Shown: one piece after another, positions 25,946-39,864 of the stretch
Layout of the letters: every line of letters starts with the position of its first letter
Position numbering within the stretch: the first letter of the stretch is position 1
Source of the DNA: Amoebophrya sp. A120
Taxonomy: Eukaryota; Protista; Dinoflagellata
DNA: 64,000 nt
Direction of reading: 5' to 3'
Assembly: GCA_905178155.1 (NCBI GenBank)
Contig: CAJINV010000001.1
Location: forward strand, 11,231,009 to 11,295,008
Notes under the pieces: generated by a model
What the model was told of the DNA's origin: nothing
The model's database searches: none
What the model saw: the letters and a program-made list of their open reading frames with translations, nothing else
Made by a program: the position numbers and the translations under genes

Positions 25946-26185
25946 TATGGGAGCGTCAGGATCGAAATCGTCAAAGTTGAAAAAAAATTCTGGCAGTCCT
26001 TGGCGGGGGCCTTCAGGGCACCCCCTCCGGGACCCCCTTCAACTCTGACACATCCCAGCATAGCGTGGTGGCTAGCTCGAAAAGGGGCGAATGTGTCAGA
26101 GTTGAAATGCAAAATCCCGGCACCTCTCCAGGGGTCCCCGGGTTTTTTTTTCAACTTTGAGAATTTCGATCCTGACACACCCATA
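25946..26185 (+). mobile_element. TIR element C1 (240 bp) at the 5' end of the methyltransferase gene
   Basis: About 42-bp TIR tatgggagcgtcaggatcgaaatcgtcaaagttgaaaaaaaa with 4 mismatches; TSD tgatc at 25941-25945 and 26186-26190. Confidence 0.93.
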
Positions 26186-29100
26186 TGATCATGTTGCAAC
26201 GTAGTGAAAGTGATCAACTTTACAGAAGCGCGAAGGCGAACTTATATCAGCCTCGCATTACTACAGCAAGTTCAAGTAGAACTACGACTACATCGCTAGC
26301 GGCAATAAAGACGTCAACATTTTCTGCAAGTACACAAGGAGAATCTGTTGAGTCCAAATCTTCTCCTCGTACTCATAAGGGGCTTCAATACCTCGCTGTT
26401 TCGTTTTCTTCTCCACCAGCTCGTTTTGTGAGTTGTCGCAAGTCTTCACGGTCCTCTTGCCGCAGTTGTTGCAGTTCTTTTGCAAACTTGCAGTGCTTCT
26501 TGCGCCTCTTTGGTCAGATTTGCGCGTTACTAACGATGGCGAGATTGTTGGCGCTTGTGCAAGGCGGCACTTTTGCTGCAAATTACGTCGCAGGCTGGAA
26601 CACTAAGCGGCGTTCCTACGGACCCTACGGGGTTCAGAAGTACAATGACGAGTACCCAAGGCAGGTGCAAATACAACTGGACGGCATCAACTCCGTCGAC
26701 TCAAACCCCGCCTCGCCGCCGGATGTAGAGCCTGAGCCTGCAGATGCTGCGGACCACAGCCCCGGTGGAGGTCTTGCGCAAATCTGGGACAATGAAGAAC
26801 TCGACACGTACGTGGACCGGCTGGATACCTCTTCCTCGCTCGACGTCCTGAACGGGGAGGGAAATTTTGGGTACTTCATGCAGCGCGTCAAGTGGATGTT
26901 GGAAACGTGTACGGACGAGAACCCCATGCTGATTTTCCTCGGCCGACCCTGGATGTTGCCGAAAACGTCCCGGCTCCGCGTCCTGTGGGAGGGGCGCCAG
27001 GGCACGCGGCGCGGGTTTCGCACGCTCTTGGAACAGCAGGGGAGGCTCCTGCTCGAGAGCGAGAGGGGCATTGCACACCGGAGACTGCTGGAAGACGGCA
27101 AGCGAAGCCGGTCGGACCAGAAACTGCGCAGCATGGAGGCGGAGGAAGCGTTTCTGAAGGATTTGGTCCAAGCCATGGTGGAAGAGCAATTTGGAAGCAG
27201 CGGAAGATCGGCCAAAACTATTGGCAAGACGGCAACCTCCGCGCCTACCTCCAAGAGCCACGCGCAACACCATTTAGAGAAGAGTCTGCGCAAATTCGCC
27301 CGCAATCTCGACGAAACTGCCGCGGTGCTGCAGGAATCCTACAAGTTTCTGCGCTTGACGAGTCACACGCACATCGTCCTCGGGAAGCGATTGCTCGGTC
27401 TGCTCGGGCATTACGTGTATCAAGCGGAGCGCTTTTTTTCATGTTCATGATTCATGCCAAGATGAAGAATTCGTTTTTGTGCCCAATTTAGCTAGTTACA
27501 ACTGAACTTGTTCGAGTCTGGTACTTATCATGGAGGTTACTTTTCGCTTCCAATTTTTGACAAAAATCTACGATTTCTCGTCATCAGCATCACAACATTC
27601 CAGCGAAAAATGCGTGAATTACGGGTGCCCAGACGACCGGGAGGAGATTGCGATGCGCGTGGACAGTCTGGCGCAAAACTACCTCCAGGACGCCACGTTG
27701 CTTCTCCGCGGCGATTTTTCCAGCTCAGACCCCAGGTTTTGGCGCGGGCTGGACGAGACGGAGAAGTCGCTCTCCATCAACAGCACTGATCCTTTTTTCG
27801 AGCGGAAGAAGTACCCAAATGTTCACGAACAGGACGAGGAGAGCTCCAGTGCCAGCGGAGCCCCGGGGGGCACCAGCTCTGGCGAAAATGCAGATTCGAG
27901 TACAACTACAGCAGCTTCTGCTCCTTCCGGTGGAGAAAAAATCGTAACCGGCGCGCAGGAGGACGATGAGGACGATTTTCTGGCCGCCGAGGACGCACAG
28001 CTGCCCTCGAACCAGATGGTGCGCAAGCGTGGCCCGAGAACGAACCTGAACAAGGTGCAGCGAGCAGCAAGGGGGTCGCACGATCTGGCGGATGACTCCA
28101 GCGACGAGCAGGAGTTCCTGGCCCTGGTTGGCTCCGGCGGTAAGGGGAAGGGGGAACCAGATTACAACAGCAAAGGTGGAACAAACAAGGGCCCCCGCAA
28201 GGGAACAACATCAAAAGGTGGTGCCAGTACTAAGGGCTTCGGGAAGGGGCAGAAGTGCAAGCAAAGTCCGGACTCGAAGGCCACGGACTCGAAAGATTCG
28301 GCGCGCGACGGTGCGATGTGCAGAAATTTGGAAGACGACGCGATCCGCACCGCCGACGTGATTCGCGCCGACACCAGGGATCGCGAGTACTATCTGAATC
28401 TGAACAACCGGCACGGACAGGTAGGGCCGCTGGCCGCGGTGTACCGGGCATTCGAGCCCAAAATGACCAAGGAAATGCTCTTTTCCCACTATCTCGGCGT
28501 GGTGCTGGAATTTCTCGACGCCCTGACCGCGTTCATCCAAAAAGAGCCGAACTTTCCCGGCACGATGTTGCAACTGGTCCAGAAAATCTCCGACGCGCAC
28601 TGCGGATTGCAATACCGACTCAACGCCCACGCCTCGATGTTCCTCACGACGCACGCCATGCAGCCACCCACGTTGCACCTGCCCTGGTCCTACGATCGGA
28701 GGTTCGTCTATGACACCCTCAGAATGGAAATCCTCAAAGTGGAAATAATTTGTGATGCAGGAAGTGCGACACCAAAAAGACTGTATTGCAGAGGACGCAA
28801 TGGAGGCCGACTATGGTGCTTCTACGGGTTCAGAATTGGGCTGCTGATTAGCATGAGAGAAGGGCATCCCTTTGCCTAACTAGCACGACAGACACGCTTT
28901 GAGTGCCCGGGAAATTTGTCATGCGCCGACTAGAAAGTCGCTCCAACTGGAGTCGTTTTTTTGCATTACAAATTATTTCCACTTTGAGGATTTCCAACCT
29001 GAGGCTCTCATATCGTCTTCGAGGATCGCGCGTGCTGCCGCCGGTACCACGTACTGGGAAGATTGATGGACGACCTGAGGGTATCGCAAGAAAAAACTGT

Positions 29101-29998
29101 TTCACTGTGAACCTGTGATGCAGAGAACGAAACACCACAGCGGTTGTCTTGCTACACCTGCAACACAACGGATTTTTAGGCGTGTTTCCTCTTGGAAAAC
29201 GCGCATGACAAATTTTCTGTGTCATGTGTAGCAAACTTGTGATGCAGATCTTGCAAAACCATCACGGTGAAACACTTTTTTCGTCGGATAGAGGGACAAG
29301 TTTGGACACAATAGGCAGCTCGTCGGCGTCGAGGTCGGCGTTAACAACGCAATCACGAGCCAGTATTTTTTTCGTTGTCTTTATTCATTTTTTCCACCTC
29401 AATATTTGGTTGCTCGGTGCATTTCAGTGATTTAGTGAAGAATTAAAGTTGACGCTCGGTGTGGTCGACGTGAGTGAATCACTTTAGTACTTCCGCCGTC
29501 GACGTTCCGGCAGATTGATGCAGTGATCAACATGGGAAGTAGAAATAAAAACAACCCGGTTCGAATAAAATCTCTCATAAAATGAGGTATCTGCTGAAGA
29601 ACATCCCGGACCTGCGGCTGACCGGTCTCGATCCGTTCATCAATGTTACGGAGAGCATTCAGCAGATGTCCTACGATGTGTTCGGTAACTACCCGGACCG
29701 CGCGGAGTTGATCAAGATAGGCTCCGAAGACTTTGTTGACAGCGTCCCGGACGAGTCGCTCGACTTTGTCTTCATCGACGGTGACCATTCCTTTTCCGCC
29801 GTGGTCCGCGATCTCGAGCAGTGGGTGCCGAAGGTAAGAAAGGGAGGACTCGTCTCGGGTCACGACCTCTTCAACCCGGCATTTGAGGGCGTATTCGAAG
29901 CGCTCACGCTGCTCGCCGAAGACTACCCACGGATCCATTACGGGTTCGATTTCCTCTTCTACTGGTGGAAGCCCGGCGGCGAAGGCGGAGAGGGGTGA
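26185..29998 (+). CDS. Class I SAM-dependent methyltransferase (Methyltransf_24-like C-terminal domain) with a long N-terminal region
   Basis: After splicing: LVGVEVGVNNAITSQYLL...GLDPF...LDFVFIDGDHSFSAVVRDLEQWVPKVRKGGLVSGHD. Introns: about 27429-27603 (probable GC-AG), elements at 28709 and 29082, and GT-AG 29363-29586. The start may be 25940, 26185 or 26536. Confidence 0.85.
28709..29012 (+). mobile_element. TIR introner D (304 bp), related to family C
   Basis: About 51-bp TIR tatgacaccctcagaatggaaatcctcaaagtggaaataatttgtgatgca; TSD tcgtc at 28704-28708 and 29013-29017. Removal gives RRFV|FEDRACCRR. Confidence 0.95.
29082..29290 (+). mobile_element. TIR introner E (209 bp)
   Basis: Left end tatcgcaagaaaaaactgtttcactgtga versus reverse-complemented right end tatccgacgaaaaaagtgtttcaccgtga; TSD gaggg at 29077-29081 and 29291-29295. 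Removal gives MDDLR|DKFGHNRQLVGVEVG. Confidence 0.92.
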
Positions 29999-32093
29999 AC
30001 AAGTTGTAGGCTTCTACGCTGTAGTTGTATCTACGGAAGAACCAGTGGCGCAACGCCAACGTCGGATTTTGAAAAACCGTGACTACACCAGTGAGCCGCG
30101 GTCGAATGCTACGTGCGAAGAACCGTTCAGAAGCCATCCTGTGTAAGCATCTACGGTCAGTGAATCTTCGGCTTCCACAACCCGTGAGGAAAGAGAGACC
30201 AACAGAGACGACCACCATCAAGAAGAGGCCGCTGCTTTTCGAGCATCAACAATGAGAACGAAAATTCGAGACCTGCGCATAAAATCCGAGCCTGTAGTGC
30301 ACCGTGATGAAAAATCCTGCATGCAGGAGTAAATGGAAAATGGATGGCGATAGCAACGGGTCATGGGAAAGGGGGTCGTTGTGGTGATACCTCTGCGCAG
30401 CTTCTCTCACGTTCTTCCACGTCAATCTACCAGTCACGATGGTCCCAGTGAAAACAGTGGGCAAGATGAAGTACAGCTAGAGAATGCTTGCACAGCTCAT
30501 GTTGCTACATTGGGTGAACTTGTCTTGATGATGCACAACATTTTCCGCCAGTTCTTCGTTCACTCAATTAATCAGCCACGGCAGTTGATGTTGTGTGGGA
30601 CTGTTTATTGCAGTGTTGCTTTCCTCAGTTAAGATATGCCACATGCGTAACTACATCCTCAGTGATGCTGGCGCAGTTGCAATTGCATCTATCGCGGAAA
30701 TATTAACACGAGCGTGGCAGAGTCCATCGACTTCGACTACGGCCGAGTTTACTCTGATGAGAGACGTTGACTTTTTCCTTCTCTTGGTGTTGGTGGTAAC
30801 ATGTGAACAATTATGCTGCTACTTTAGATAAATGAAAATGATTATGATTATACTTCTTAAAAAAACTTGTACATAACGCTGAGGCTGACGGTTCTTGAGC
30901 ATAGTTCTAGCTGTGAGGCGAGCAGGATTGCACGTGTAAGTGTACAACACCCACTTACGTTGTTCTTCTTTCTTTTCAGATGTTCTTATGATGCGGACAC
31001 GCCACTGCCTCCGCCTCTTCGCGTGCGGTGCAGCCAGGTGATATACGAAGAATTTTTTTAAGCAAAGAAAGAGCAGTAAACTACCCCTGCCGGTATTTTG
31101 ACCTCTTGAATTTCCCTTTCCCAGCCAGGTGTTCGGCTTCATTGGCATGTACTAAGTACGGCTCTTTGTCTGGTGCATGGTGGTGGAATGTTGAATTTGA
31201 ATTTGCACCCTATTGAATAAAATGCAGCAAAGGTAAAGGACGCTCAACCAACAAGTGAAAGTGTGTTTCCTCCAGGTGAATACGTAGGCAAAAGTTGTAC
31301 ACGTAGTTTGTCCCCGTGTACACGAATGAATGTTGGTTGCTTCATCTTCATCCTTTATTTCGTCGTTCTTCACAGCACTACTTCTGTTGAGTCTCCATTT
31401 TCATTTTGAACGGCAATGATTGAAGACTCCCCGCTGTGGTTCTTCTGACGTGAAGGTGAAAGGTAAACGACACAAATGATAAATGCGTGCTGTCATGCTG
31501 AACCTGAAGACTGGACTAATCGTCATTGCGAAAACAACTCCATCTCCAGCATGTCCATACATAGCCAAGTCCATCACCGTCACCCTTCCCGACTCTAGAA
31601 GTGATATCTAAACAGAAGCAACAGAACATAGTCCAGTCCCCAACTAGAAATAAAATTCATGAGATGTAAAAGTGCTGTACGAAGTGAAGTCAACGACGAC
31701 GAGAAGATTGTTAAGAAGCATCTAGAGAAGTACTAGACAACATAAATACTGTATATTTGGGCAGCAGCTTTCATCGAGTGGTGTGTGGCGACAGTGGGTG
31801 CATGTCAGGGTTCTCGCTCCTCGAGCCTGATCATGCCAAGATGTTGAGTTTTCCTTTGAGAAGTAAAATGAAGATCTCAACATCTTGCTGTAAAAAGACC
31901 CGAAAAAAAGTAAATACGAGCGACAAGAAAATAAAGTTCTTGTCCCCTGAGGTTTCAATACTAAAAAGACCACAGCCAGCTCTGATTTCCAAGAACAAGC
32001 TGAGGTCTCCTAGGCGAGAAAGCAACGCCCACCAAGGTCAACAAGCTGTGACCACATCAAGCCACGCGCCGTGGTGGCAGGACCACGCAAACT

Positions 32094-35000
32094 ATGGACG
32101 ATCCCATCATCGAAGATTGGGCCTGGCCAGATGTGCCGCTGTTGCACACCTCAATGGATGTATCAAATGCAAAAGTGTCTGGGTCTGGAAGATTTAGATT
32201 GGAACATCTGTCATGCACATTTTGCATGAACGATGAACAAATGATGCCTGTAATGCATGACCTAGCATCCGAGATTTTGCGAGGGCTTCCTTTTGCCTAT
32301 ACCGCATGAGGAATACCCCCTCCGCGTAGCATAAACTGGACTCCTCTTGCTCCTTACGTCGCAATACTGATTTTTTTGGAATCCAAAGACAGCATGACAA
32401 GTTCCATCCTGCTCCCAGACCCAGACACTTTTGCATTTGATAGGATGACCGGCTGGACAACTTGAGTCCGACGAGGAACACTAGAAATCACCACCACCTA
32501 CAACAGCATCAGCAATACCACCCGAACCATCAGCCCCCGACTAGCAGTAGCGCCCCAGGGTATAATCAACATGGCGCAGCTGGAAGTAGAACGAGTGGTG
32601 ACCATGCTCTTGGAAGCAGCGGCCCGACCCTGCTTCACCGGGGCGGGCCTCAGCCGCACCACCAGCAGAGTACGAATTTCCTTCGGGGTATGGAACTGTC
32701 AGGATTGAAATTGACAAAGTTGAAATGGTTTGTCATGCATGAAACGGATTCCAGTTCGAACCCAGTTTCTAAGTCGCGCATCACAAATTCTGGTGGTGCC
32801 TAAATCCAGTGCGTAATGCTGTTTAGGCAAAGAAGACTGATTCTCTCATGCTGCTTTAGCAGCTCGAGCTATAACCCCAGGCAGGCTGACAATCGGCCTC
32901 ACTTGCCTGCTCTGCAACGCAAGTACTTCGCGTCATGCATTTTATGCGTCACAGATTTAAATTTTTCGACTTTGTCAATTTCGATCCTGACAGTTCCATA
33001 CGGGGATCAACAACGGTTTCCACCGAGTCGCTGGAAGTCGGCCAGCTACGCCAATACCTCATGGAGCGAGATGCCGTCATCGGTCAGCTTGAATCGCTGC
33101 TGCAGGAACAATCTACAAGGTAACAGGGGCCCTCACGAGGACCAAGGTTCTTTCTAGAAGTGCAGGATGATTTTTTCAGCTCTGGTGTAGTCAATCGATA
33201 TGGAATTCGAGTTATTTGAAAGCAGAGGCGGGAGAGGCAGTCCTCCTCGACGTTGTCCTCTGCTTCAACGTCGGTCTACTACGACACCAAAAATAACTTC
33301 TCATCCAGGTTCCGCGAGAGCATGCAGCAGGTCCAGGCGGACTTGTTCACGGCCACCAAGTCCGAGAAGGACATGCAAGTGCTGCTGCGCTCCCGCCAAA
33401 GCCAAGACGCGGAAGAGAAGAACCGGCTGTCCCTCGAGAAGCAACGCCTCGAGCACGAGCTCGAGTACGCCGCGAAAGAGAAGAAGCGAGAGGAGGCCGC
33501 CTGGCGCCAGCGCGCGGAGGACTTGCAGAAGGAGTTGTCGGATACGAAACTGGACCAGAACCGGCTGCAGTACCTGGAAAAGGAAAACGGCCGGCTGAAG
33601 GAAGAAATTTCCGACGTCGAGCGGCAGCTCGCGGCGAAAACTGCACTCGTTGACAAGCTGGAAAACGAAAAGATCGACCTAGAAAAAGGCTCCCGCGGCC
33701 GCCTAGGCGGTTTCGCGGCGGAACGGCAAAACCGCTTGGAGAGGGAACGCCTTGAGGAGCAGATTCGCGATCTGCGAAAACAGTATTCTTGTTTTTAATT
33801 ATATATACGGCAACTTGATGTAAAAAGATGAACCGGAAAAACTAAATTAGTGTAAGGGCGCCGAGATGAGCGCGCTGCATGCTTCATCTAGTCCGTTTTT
33901 CTATTAGCCGTAGCCAGTGGCGCGCTCTGTTGGCTATTTTTGGGTTCGTTCTGTTGAATGCAACTTTGAAGAACTACTTGTTGAACATAATATGAACTAC
34001 AAACGCACGCCTAGTGATCAGATGCTGGCTCCCGCCATCTCGACAGGTTAAATGCGCGCGAGGAGCAGGACACGTATTCCGCTCAGGAAAGGCAAGAAGC
34101 AGAGGACGAAGTTTGGCTGGAGAAAATTCGGCAAAACACCGCGTACTGGGAACAACAGATAGAGGAGCAGAAACACTTGCTGGAAACCGCGGAGACGCGC
34201 GTAAAGGAACTCGAAGACCAAAACCAGGACTCGCAGTCGGAGCAAATTCTTGCGCTGCAGGGAAAACTGCGTTTGGAAAAGCGGGTTGCGGAAGAGCAGG
34301 GCGCACGGCACCGGCAATTAGAGCTGGAGAAAGAGGAACTCGAAGCGCGCCTGAATGCGCTTCGCAATGAGGTGGAGGAAGCCAGGTAACTGGGATGCTT
34401 GTCAACAAAAAATTGATCCAGGCTACATCAGGCGTAGATATTTACTAGGGGCAACATCATGCTTGTCTCCATCCACCGTTCGTTGCTGCGACAAACAATG
34501 CTGGCATGCAAAGAAGTCGAACACCTTTAGTAAGTCACCGGACGACGAGGAACTGTACTTAATTCACAAGATACATTGAGCTTCATCGTTTTTGCTTCCA
34601 CAGAACCTCAGCGGAGCAGGCTAGAGCAGATGGGAACGCCGAGCTGTGCGAGGAGTTCGAGCGCCGCGTAGAAAACTTGCGGCGGGACACGGAAGCCCGC
34701 ATTCAAGAAAAGGAGGAGGAGGCTACTGTCCGTTTGCGGCACGCGTCCGAGAACTACGACGCCGAGCGACGGGATTTCGTAGCTCGAATCAACGAGCTGG
34801 AAAAGTCAGTGACGGTGTGGAGGGAAAAGTTCGACTCCCTCGCTGCGCCACTCCCTCCCGAAATGGCCACTTCCAAGGGTACTAACAGTTCTGATGCTTT
34901 ACCACTACCAGACCCGCTTCGCCTGAAAAACACGACCGGGTCGACGGTGATAGCGCCTTCCGCATCACGCTCCTCGTCCGTGTCGTCGGCAAAAAGAGTG

Positions 35001-37197
35001 CAGCATCAAAACGAGCAAATTGGCGGATCCTCCTCGAGCCGGGCGCGCAGTCCGAGTCTGGTAGTGATGCAGAGGCAGAAACAGCTGAAAGAGCGCATCG
35101 CCGTACTGGAGTCGGAAAATAACGACCTGAAAGCCAGACTGCAGAAGCGGGGTGCGAACCGCGTTGACGCATCGCCTTCCGAAGTGCGCACGTTGCGCAA
35201 GCGGCTTGCTGAACGGGAGACCGAGCTAGCCCACATGCAGCACGAAATGCGAACGTCTTCCAAGCGGCGCGGCAGTTCGCAGTCGTCTCGTCCGGGCGAT
35301 GCAAGCATGAGGAGCATGAACTCCTCATTCCAACGGCAGGGCAGCAGCGAGGCGCTCGTCGTTCCCGGACAAAAGTCGTTCTTCTCGTCCGGCGCAGCAC
35401 CACCATCCGAGAACCATTCGCGAATCGAGGAGGCAGTGGCGGAAAGCAAGCACCTGCGGACTGTTGCGGACCAAGCCCAGCAGCGACAAACGACACTGGA
35501 GACGACCTTAAGCAGCGTCACCGCGCAGCTCCGTGAGTCGGAGCGGCGTCTCGCCGAGGAGGCCGAGGCCAGCAGGAAACTTGACACGGAGAACTTTGAG
35601 TATCGGAAACGCATTCGGGATTTGGAAACGGAAAACCGTATCACAAAGGAAGGCCGAGCCGATCTCGAGGGCAAACTGTTCGACCTCAGCAAGGAGCTAG
35701 CGGATGCGGCGGAAAAGCATGCAGCGGAGCTTCGCAGAATGGAGCGACAAATCGGAGACGAGGCGAGTCGCGAAGTCCGAGATTTACAGAAGAGCGAGGC
35801 GCAGTTACACAAGGAGCTGGAGGAAGTGAAGGTAGTTATTTTTGCTTCGGCTGTGCCTCATTTTCTTTTTCTTTTTTTCTCACTGCAGCGTACGGATTCT
35901 TACGCAGTTCTTCTTAGGGGTTGTATTGTCACTCGACGTGTCAGCCTTGCAATCATTTTCAGTCGACGTAGTTTGGCTCTGGCTGGTGCTGGAATCTAAC
36001 ATTCGCGACTTGGCTGCAACTACATAAGCACACGTTTACGATGATACAATGGGAACATCAGTTTCTTTCTACATGTACTATCAACAGCCCGAGGTCGAGC
36101 GCTTGCGCAGCGACCTGCGTTCTTCCCGCGAGCGGATAGCCCAGTTGGAGGACCAGTATGATTCCGAGGCGAGCCGCTGTACGCTCCTGGAGCAGACCAT
36201 CGAGATTCTGAAGAAGGAAAAGAGCCTTTTGCAAGACGAGCTGCGCGATCTGGAAAGGCAATTTGGCGAGACAGGATCGCTTAAAAATGGCGACCACAGT
36301 AAAAATGCTGGAAACCCTCGGAGTAGCACCACTTCCCGTCTGTCACTGAAGAACCACGACGAGTTTGCCACCGCGGTAGGGGCTGCAGGCCGGGGCACAC
36401 GAGGAGCCGGCACCGAGCGCGTGAATGATGATCCCGACGAGAGCTACATTTCGCATTACAGCAATCGCAGCAGCAAAAAGACCGCTGGAGTAAATGCGGA
36501 TCTTGCCGGAGCGGACGGCCGCGCCCATGGTTCGACTTTTTCCCGCAGACCGAATGCTCCGAACTTCGTGGCTTCCGGTGCGGCAGTTGCGACTCCAGCG
36601 GCCGGGACCCCGTATGGTTCCTCCTCGTCCCGAGGAGGGCAACATCACTACGCGCCCGACCACCGTTCCACGCCTGGATCGGTTCTGTTCGGGCGCCGGC
36701 GTGAGGTTCCAGCTCGCGAGGACGACGACGACGATGTAGACCATTATCGCGAAAATGTGCTTTCCAGAAGCGATTACAAGGCCGCGAGAAATACTAGCGA
36801 CTTTCACCCTCGTATGGGGGACCGCCAGGAGCACAGAACGCCGACTGCCACACGAAACAGGTACAATGATCCGCAGTCCCGGCCACACCTCTCGTCCACT
36901 GGACGAGCTACCACGAGATCCACCGGCGGGGCCGCGAGCAGTGGTCACTACAACAATTACGGCAATGCGACCGCACCGCGGCGCAAAAGCCCCGGCATTT
37001 TGTCGAGCTCGGAGGATGATGTTGACAGTGTGTTCCTGTCCCGCAGGGCGACCGCCGTTAGAAAGCCAGTCATGTCCCGACAGGCGTCCACCGCCCGGCG
37101 GCGGCCGCCAGCACGGTCGGAGTCGAGCTCCGAAGGCTCTCTTGAGCGCATCGTCCGGGAGTCTGACCCGCTGTTTCGAGGATCCAAGAAGAGGTGA
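32094..37197 (+). CDS. Large coiled-coil protein (possibly centrosomal/cytoskeletal), about 7 exons
   Basis: Extended E/K/R/L heptads in ORFs 33253, 34177, 34677 and 36049. Joined by elements A2 and C2 and GT-AG introns at about 33119-33227, 33783-34046, 34386-34603 and 35832-36087. Confidence 0.8.
32161..32442 (+). mobile_element. TIR introner A2 (282 bp)
   Basis: Perfect 28-bp TIR tatcaaatgcaaaagtgtctgggtctgg; TSD ggatg at 32156-32160 and 32443-32447. Internally colinear with A1. Removal gives HTSMD|DRLDNLSPT. Confidence 0.95.
32689..33000 (+). mobile_element. TIR introner C2 (312 bp)
   Basis: About 37-bp TIR tatggaactgtcaggattgaaattgacaaagttgaaa with 2 mismatches; TSD cgggg at 32684-32688 and 33001-33005. 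Removal gives NFLRG|STTVSTES. Confidence 0.95.
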
Positions 37198-37928
37198 CGC
37201 GATGTTCTTTTCCTTGAAGAAGCAGCATCCTACGTGCCTGATGCCGACCTGGATGTGGATATCTCCTGCTGGAACCTGTTCTTCATCAAGTATGTGTAGC
37301 ATAGGCGGCAAGTACAAGAAGAAGTGACGACTGTGTTGCACTACATCATGTACTAGGTGTACCGACATTATCGCTTACTTTCGCTATAATTTGTAGCTGT
37401 GTGTCATCGTCTTGCGTACTAGCAGTAGCTAGGCCACAATTCTGTGTCTCAAATATCGGTGGTGTGTGACTTGGTGTTTTTCTTGAAATCATTCTTTATC
37501 TTTTATTGACGCGAACCAACTAAATCAATGCATAGAAGGGTGGTATGTGAAAGTGCAGTGGTAGACCTGGACCACACACACATTTACCAAATAAACTAAA
37601 CCTGAGCTGGTCTCGCCTCGGCTGGACATCACAGACCGTGCCGTCGGCAATATCTTGATCTTTGTGAAGATAGTGTTCGTCCTTCGTACGTTTAACCGCG
37701 CGCGCCGAGATTTGCAAGATTACTCCGCGTCTCTCGATTTGCAAGAGGACGAGAGCTCCGCTTCTACATGTGGCGACAACCCAGGCGAGCGGATGTGAGT
37801 GTGACGACACGTGGTTCAGAGAAGATGACGCGTTGAAGCAAAGAGGTGCAAAAATGATTGTGTAGACTGCAGCAAGATCAGGCAACAAATATACCGTTTT
37901 TTTTTTTCGTCGTGCGGCAAACGGCAGC

Positions 37929-39039
37929 ATGGTGGTGATCCAGGACCTTGACGACATCGACGACCCAAGCATCCTAGATGCGGATGAGGAGGAAAAGGAA
38001 AAGCCAAAGGACCCGCCCGCACCCACGGTCAAGAAGGGCTTTTTGAACAAAGAAAACCGCCCTGAGCTCTACGGGCCGGAGGGCAGCGAGCAGGGGAAAG
38101 TTACGGAAAAGCAGAAGCAGCAGTGGGCAACAGACGACCTGAACCGCGAACAAAACAAAAAACAGGGGCTCGGAGCCTACGACTCAGAGTAAGGCTATAG
38201 CCATATTTTTTTTACGTCGTTTTTTTCTCCAAAGTGCCTGTATCTTCAACTGATTGCGTCACTACGTACTTGCGCTTTCGTTTTGCTCTGGTGTACCGAT
38301 GAAGAGCCATCGCCTCAGGAGTTCCTATTTATTCCACCGCAGCTTCGACAAGCCAAAGTGGTTTACTTCGGAGTGGCCGTCAAATTGTCAGTACAACAAT
38401 CCGGGATGCAACGTCGATGCCATGAAGAAGTCGGCGCACGAGTCCACCCTGCACCAGGACGTGATCCGAAAAAGCGACAGGTGGCAGGAGGCAATATCGA
38501 ATCCGCAGGGGGAGATACGGCTGAGCTTCCTCGGAATGCGGGACGACGATTTGATTGAGCTCGTCAACGCGCTCCGGTCCAACGAGACCGTCGAGCATTT
38601 AGACGTGTCCTTCAACCACCTTCAGGACACCGGGGTGCAGCACTTGGTCAGCGCGCTGGCGCAAAAAGCGCTGCCGGCACTCAAGGAGCTGAGAATGTAA
38701 GTCAAAGCATGTCACTGCAGTTGCTTCGTGTATCGAATGAAGGAAGCAGCTAAAACTACTCAACGTGAAAGTTGTACGTCGATTTTGGCTTTAACGGAGA
38801 TGCTGCCATTAGGCTCCTTGATTATGATTTTGTCCTCCCATCGAGAAATACACTCGGCAATGGAAAAAGAAAAACTTCACCCCAGATACAAGAACGAGTT
38901 CACGAAGCTTGGCAAGGAGATGCTGAAGGGCCTAAAATTTCTTCGCAAGGATGTCCAGGTTTTGATAGAGGAGCCGGAATATTTCCGACCGTCGGCACCC
39001 CAAACGGCAGGCGAAAAAAGCGCAGCATCGTCTAGTTAG
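37929..39039 (+). CDS. Protein with a short RNI-like leucine-rich repeat region, 3 exons
   Basis: LRSNETVEHLDVSFNHLQDTGVQHLVSAL...LKELRIYKNEFT. GT-AG introns at about 38189-38342 and 38697-38885. Confidence 0.8.
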
Positions 39040-39864
39040 CAGGTGACAACTACAATGTGTAAACAAGTACACTTACACACACGATGCATAATAAGCTCAA
39101 TTAGTTGCATGGCAGCAACACTAAAAACCTTATCCCATTCAATGGGACCCATTGCTGCGACGCATTCATTGCTTCCATGAAAATACTTTCCGTCGACATC
39201 CCACACTGAGGGCTGGTTGGTACTATCTTTATCTACCCTCTGTTGATGGTGCCCGAAGCGGCGCTCAGGCCACCCGAGGTCGTTTGCGCACAAATAAGGT
39301 CAAAAACGTGATGAATATCAGAGTCTGTCATGCAGTACCACGGTCAGTCTCGATTTTTTCTGATGTAGCTTTTCTGTTGAGCAAATAGAAAACTTTAACT
39401 TTTGCTGTGACCGTGCAGGTAAAGGAGACCAGCGAGAGAGAGAGCCGCATATGAAGAGGGTGAGTGTGATCATCTGTCGTGAGTGAGCCAGCGCAGTAGC
39501 AGCTTTGCTTTTGAAATGAAACGCCCGCCTTGTCCCATGCCAAACACACCAGAAAGAAGAAAACTCGCCCAAGGTATCTTTCCACCCCTTCCTTTTGAAT
39601 TGTTATATTTATCGCAAGGGAAGCGATAGGATAGCGAAGTATCGCTATCTATCGCCCTCATCGATCTAGTTTTGCAATTTGCCAAAGGGACCTGCTCCGC
39701 CTCACCCACACGCCAGTATATGGTTGCGGAGATTCGTGACTTTTTATTAGCGGAAAATCAAAATCAGTGGATTTACACGTGAGTAAACCGTGTCAGACGT
39801 GCGACCTAAATTTGAGAATCGACTTTAACGCGAATCTTTATTTCAAAAACACGCCTTGACAAAA

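Noticed and set aside
35006-37368. Long minus-strand ORFs (268 and 341 aa) and similar antisense ORFs elsewhere
   Set aside because: They are shadows of GC-rich plus-strand coding exons and have no protein-like motifs.
39290-39340. Isolated tgtcatgca motif at 39326 suggesting another element
   Set aside because: No matching TIR or TSD found; one stray hit is expected by chance.
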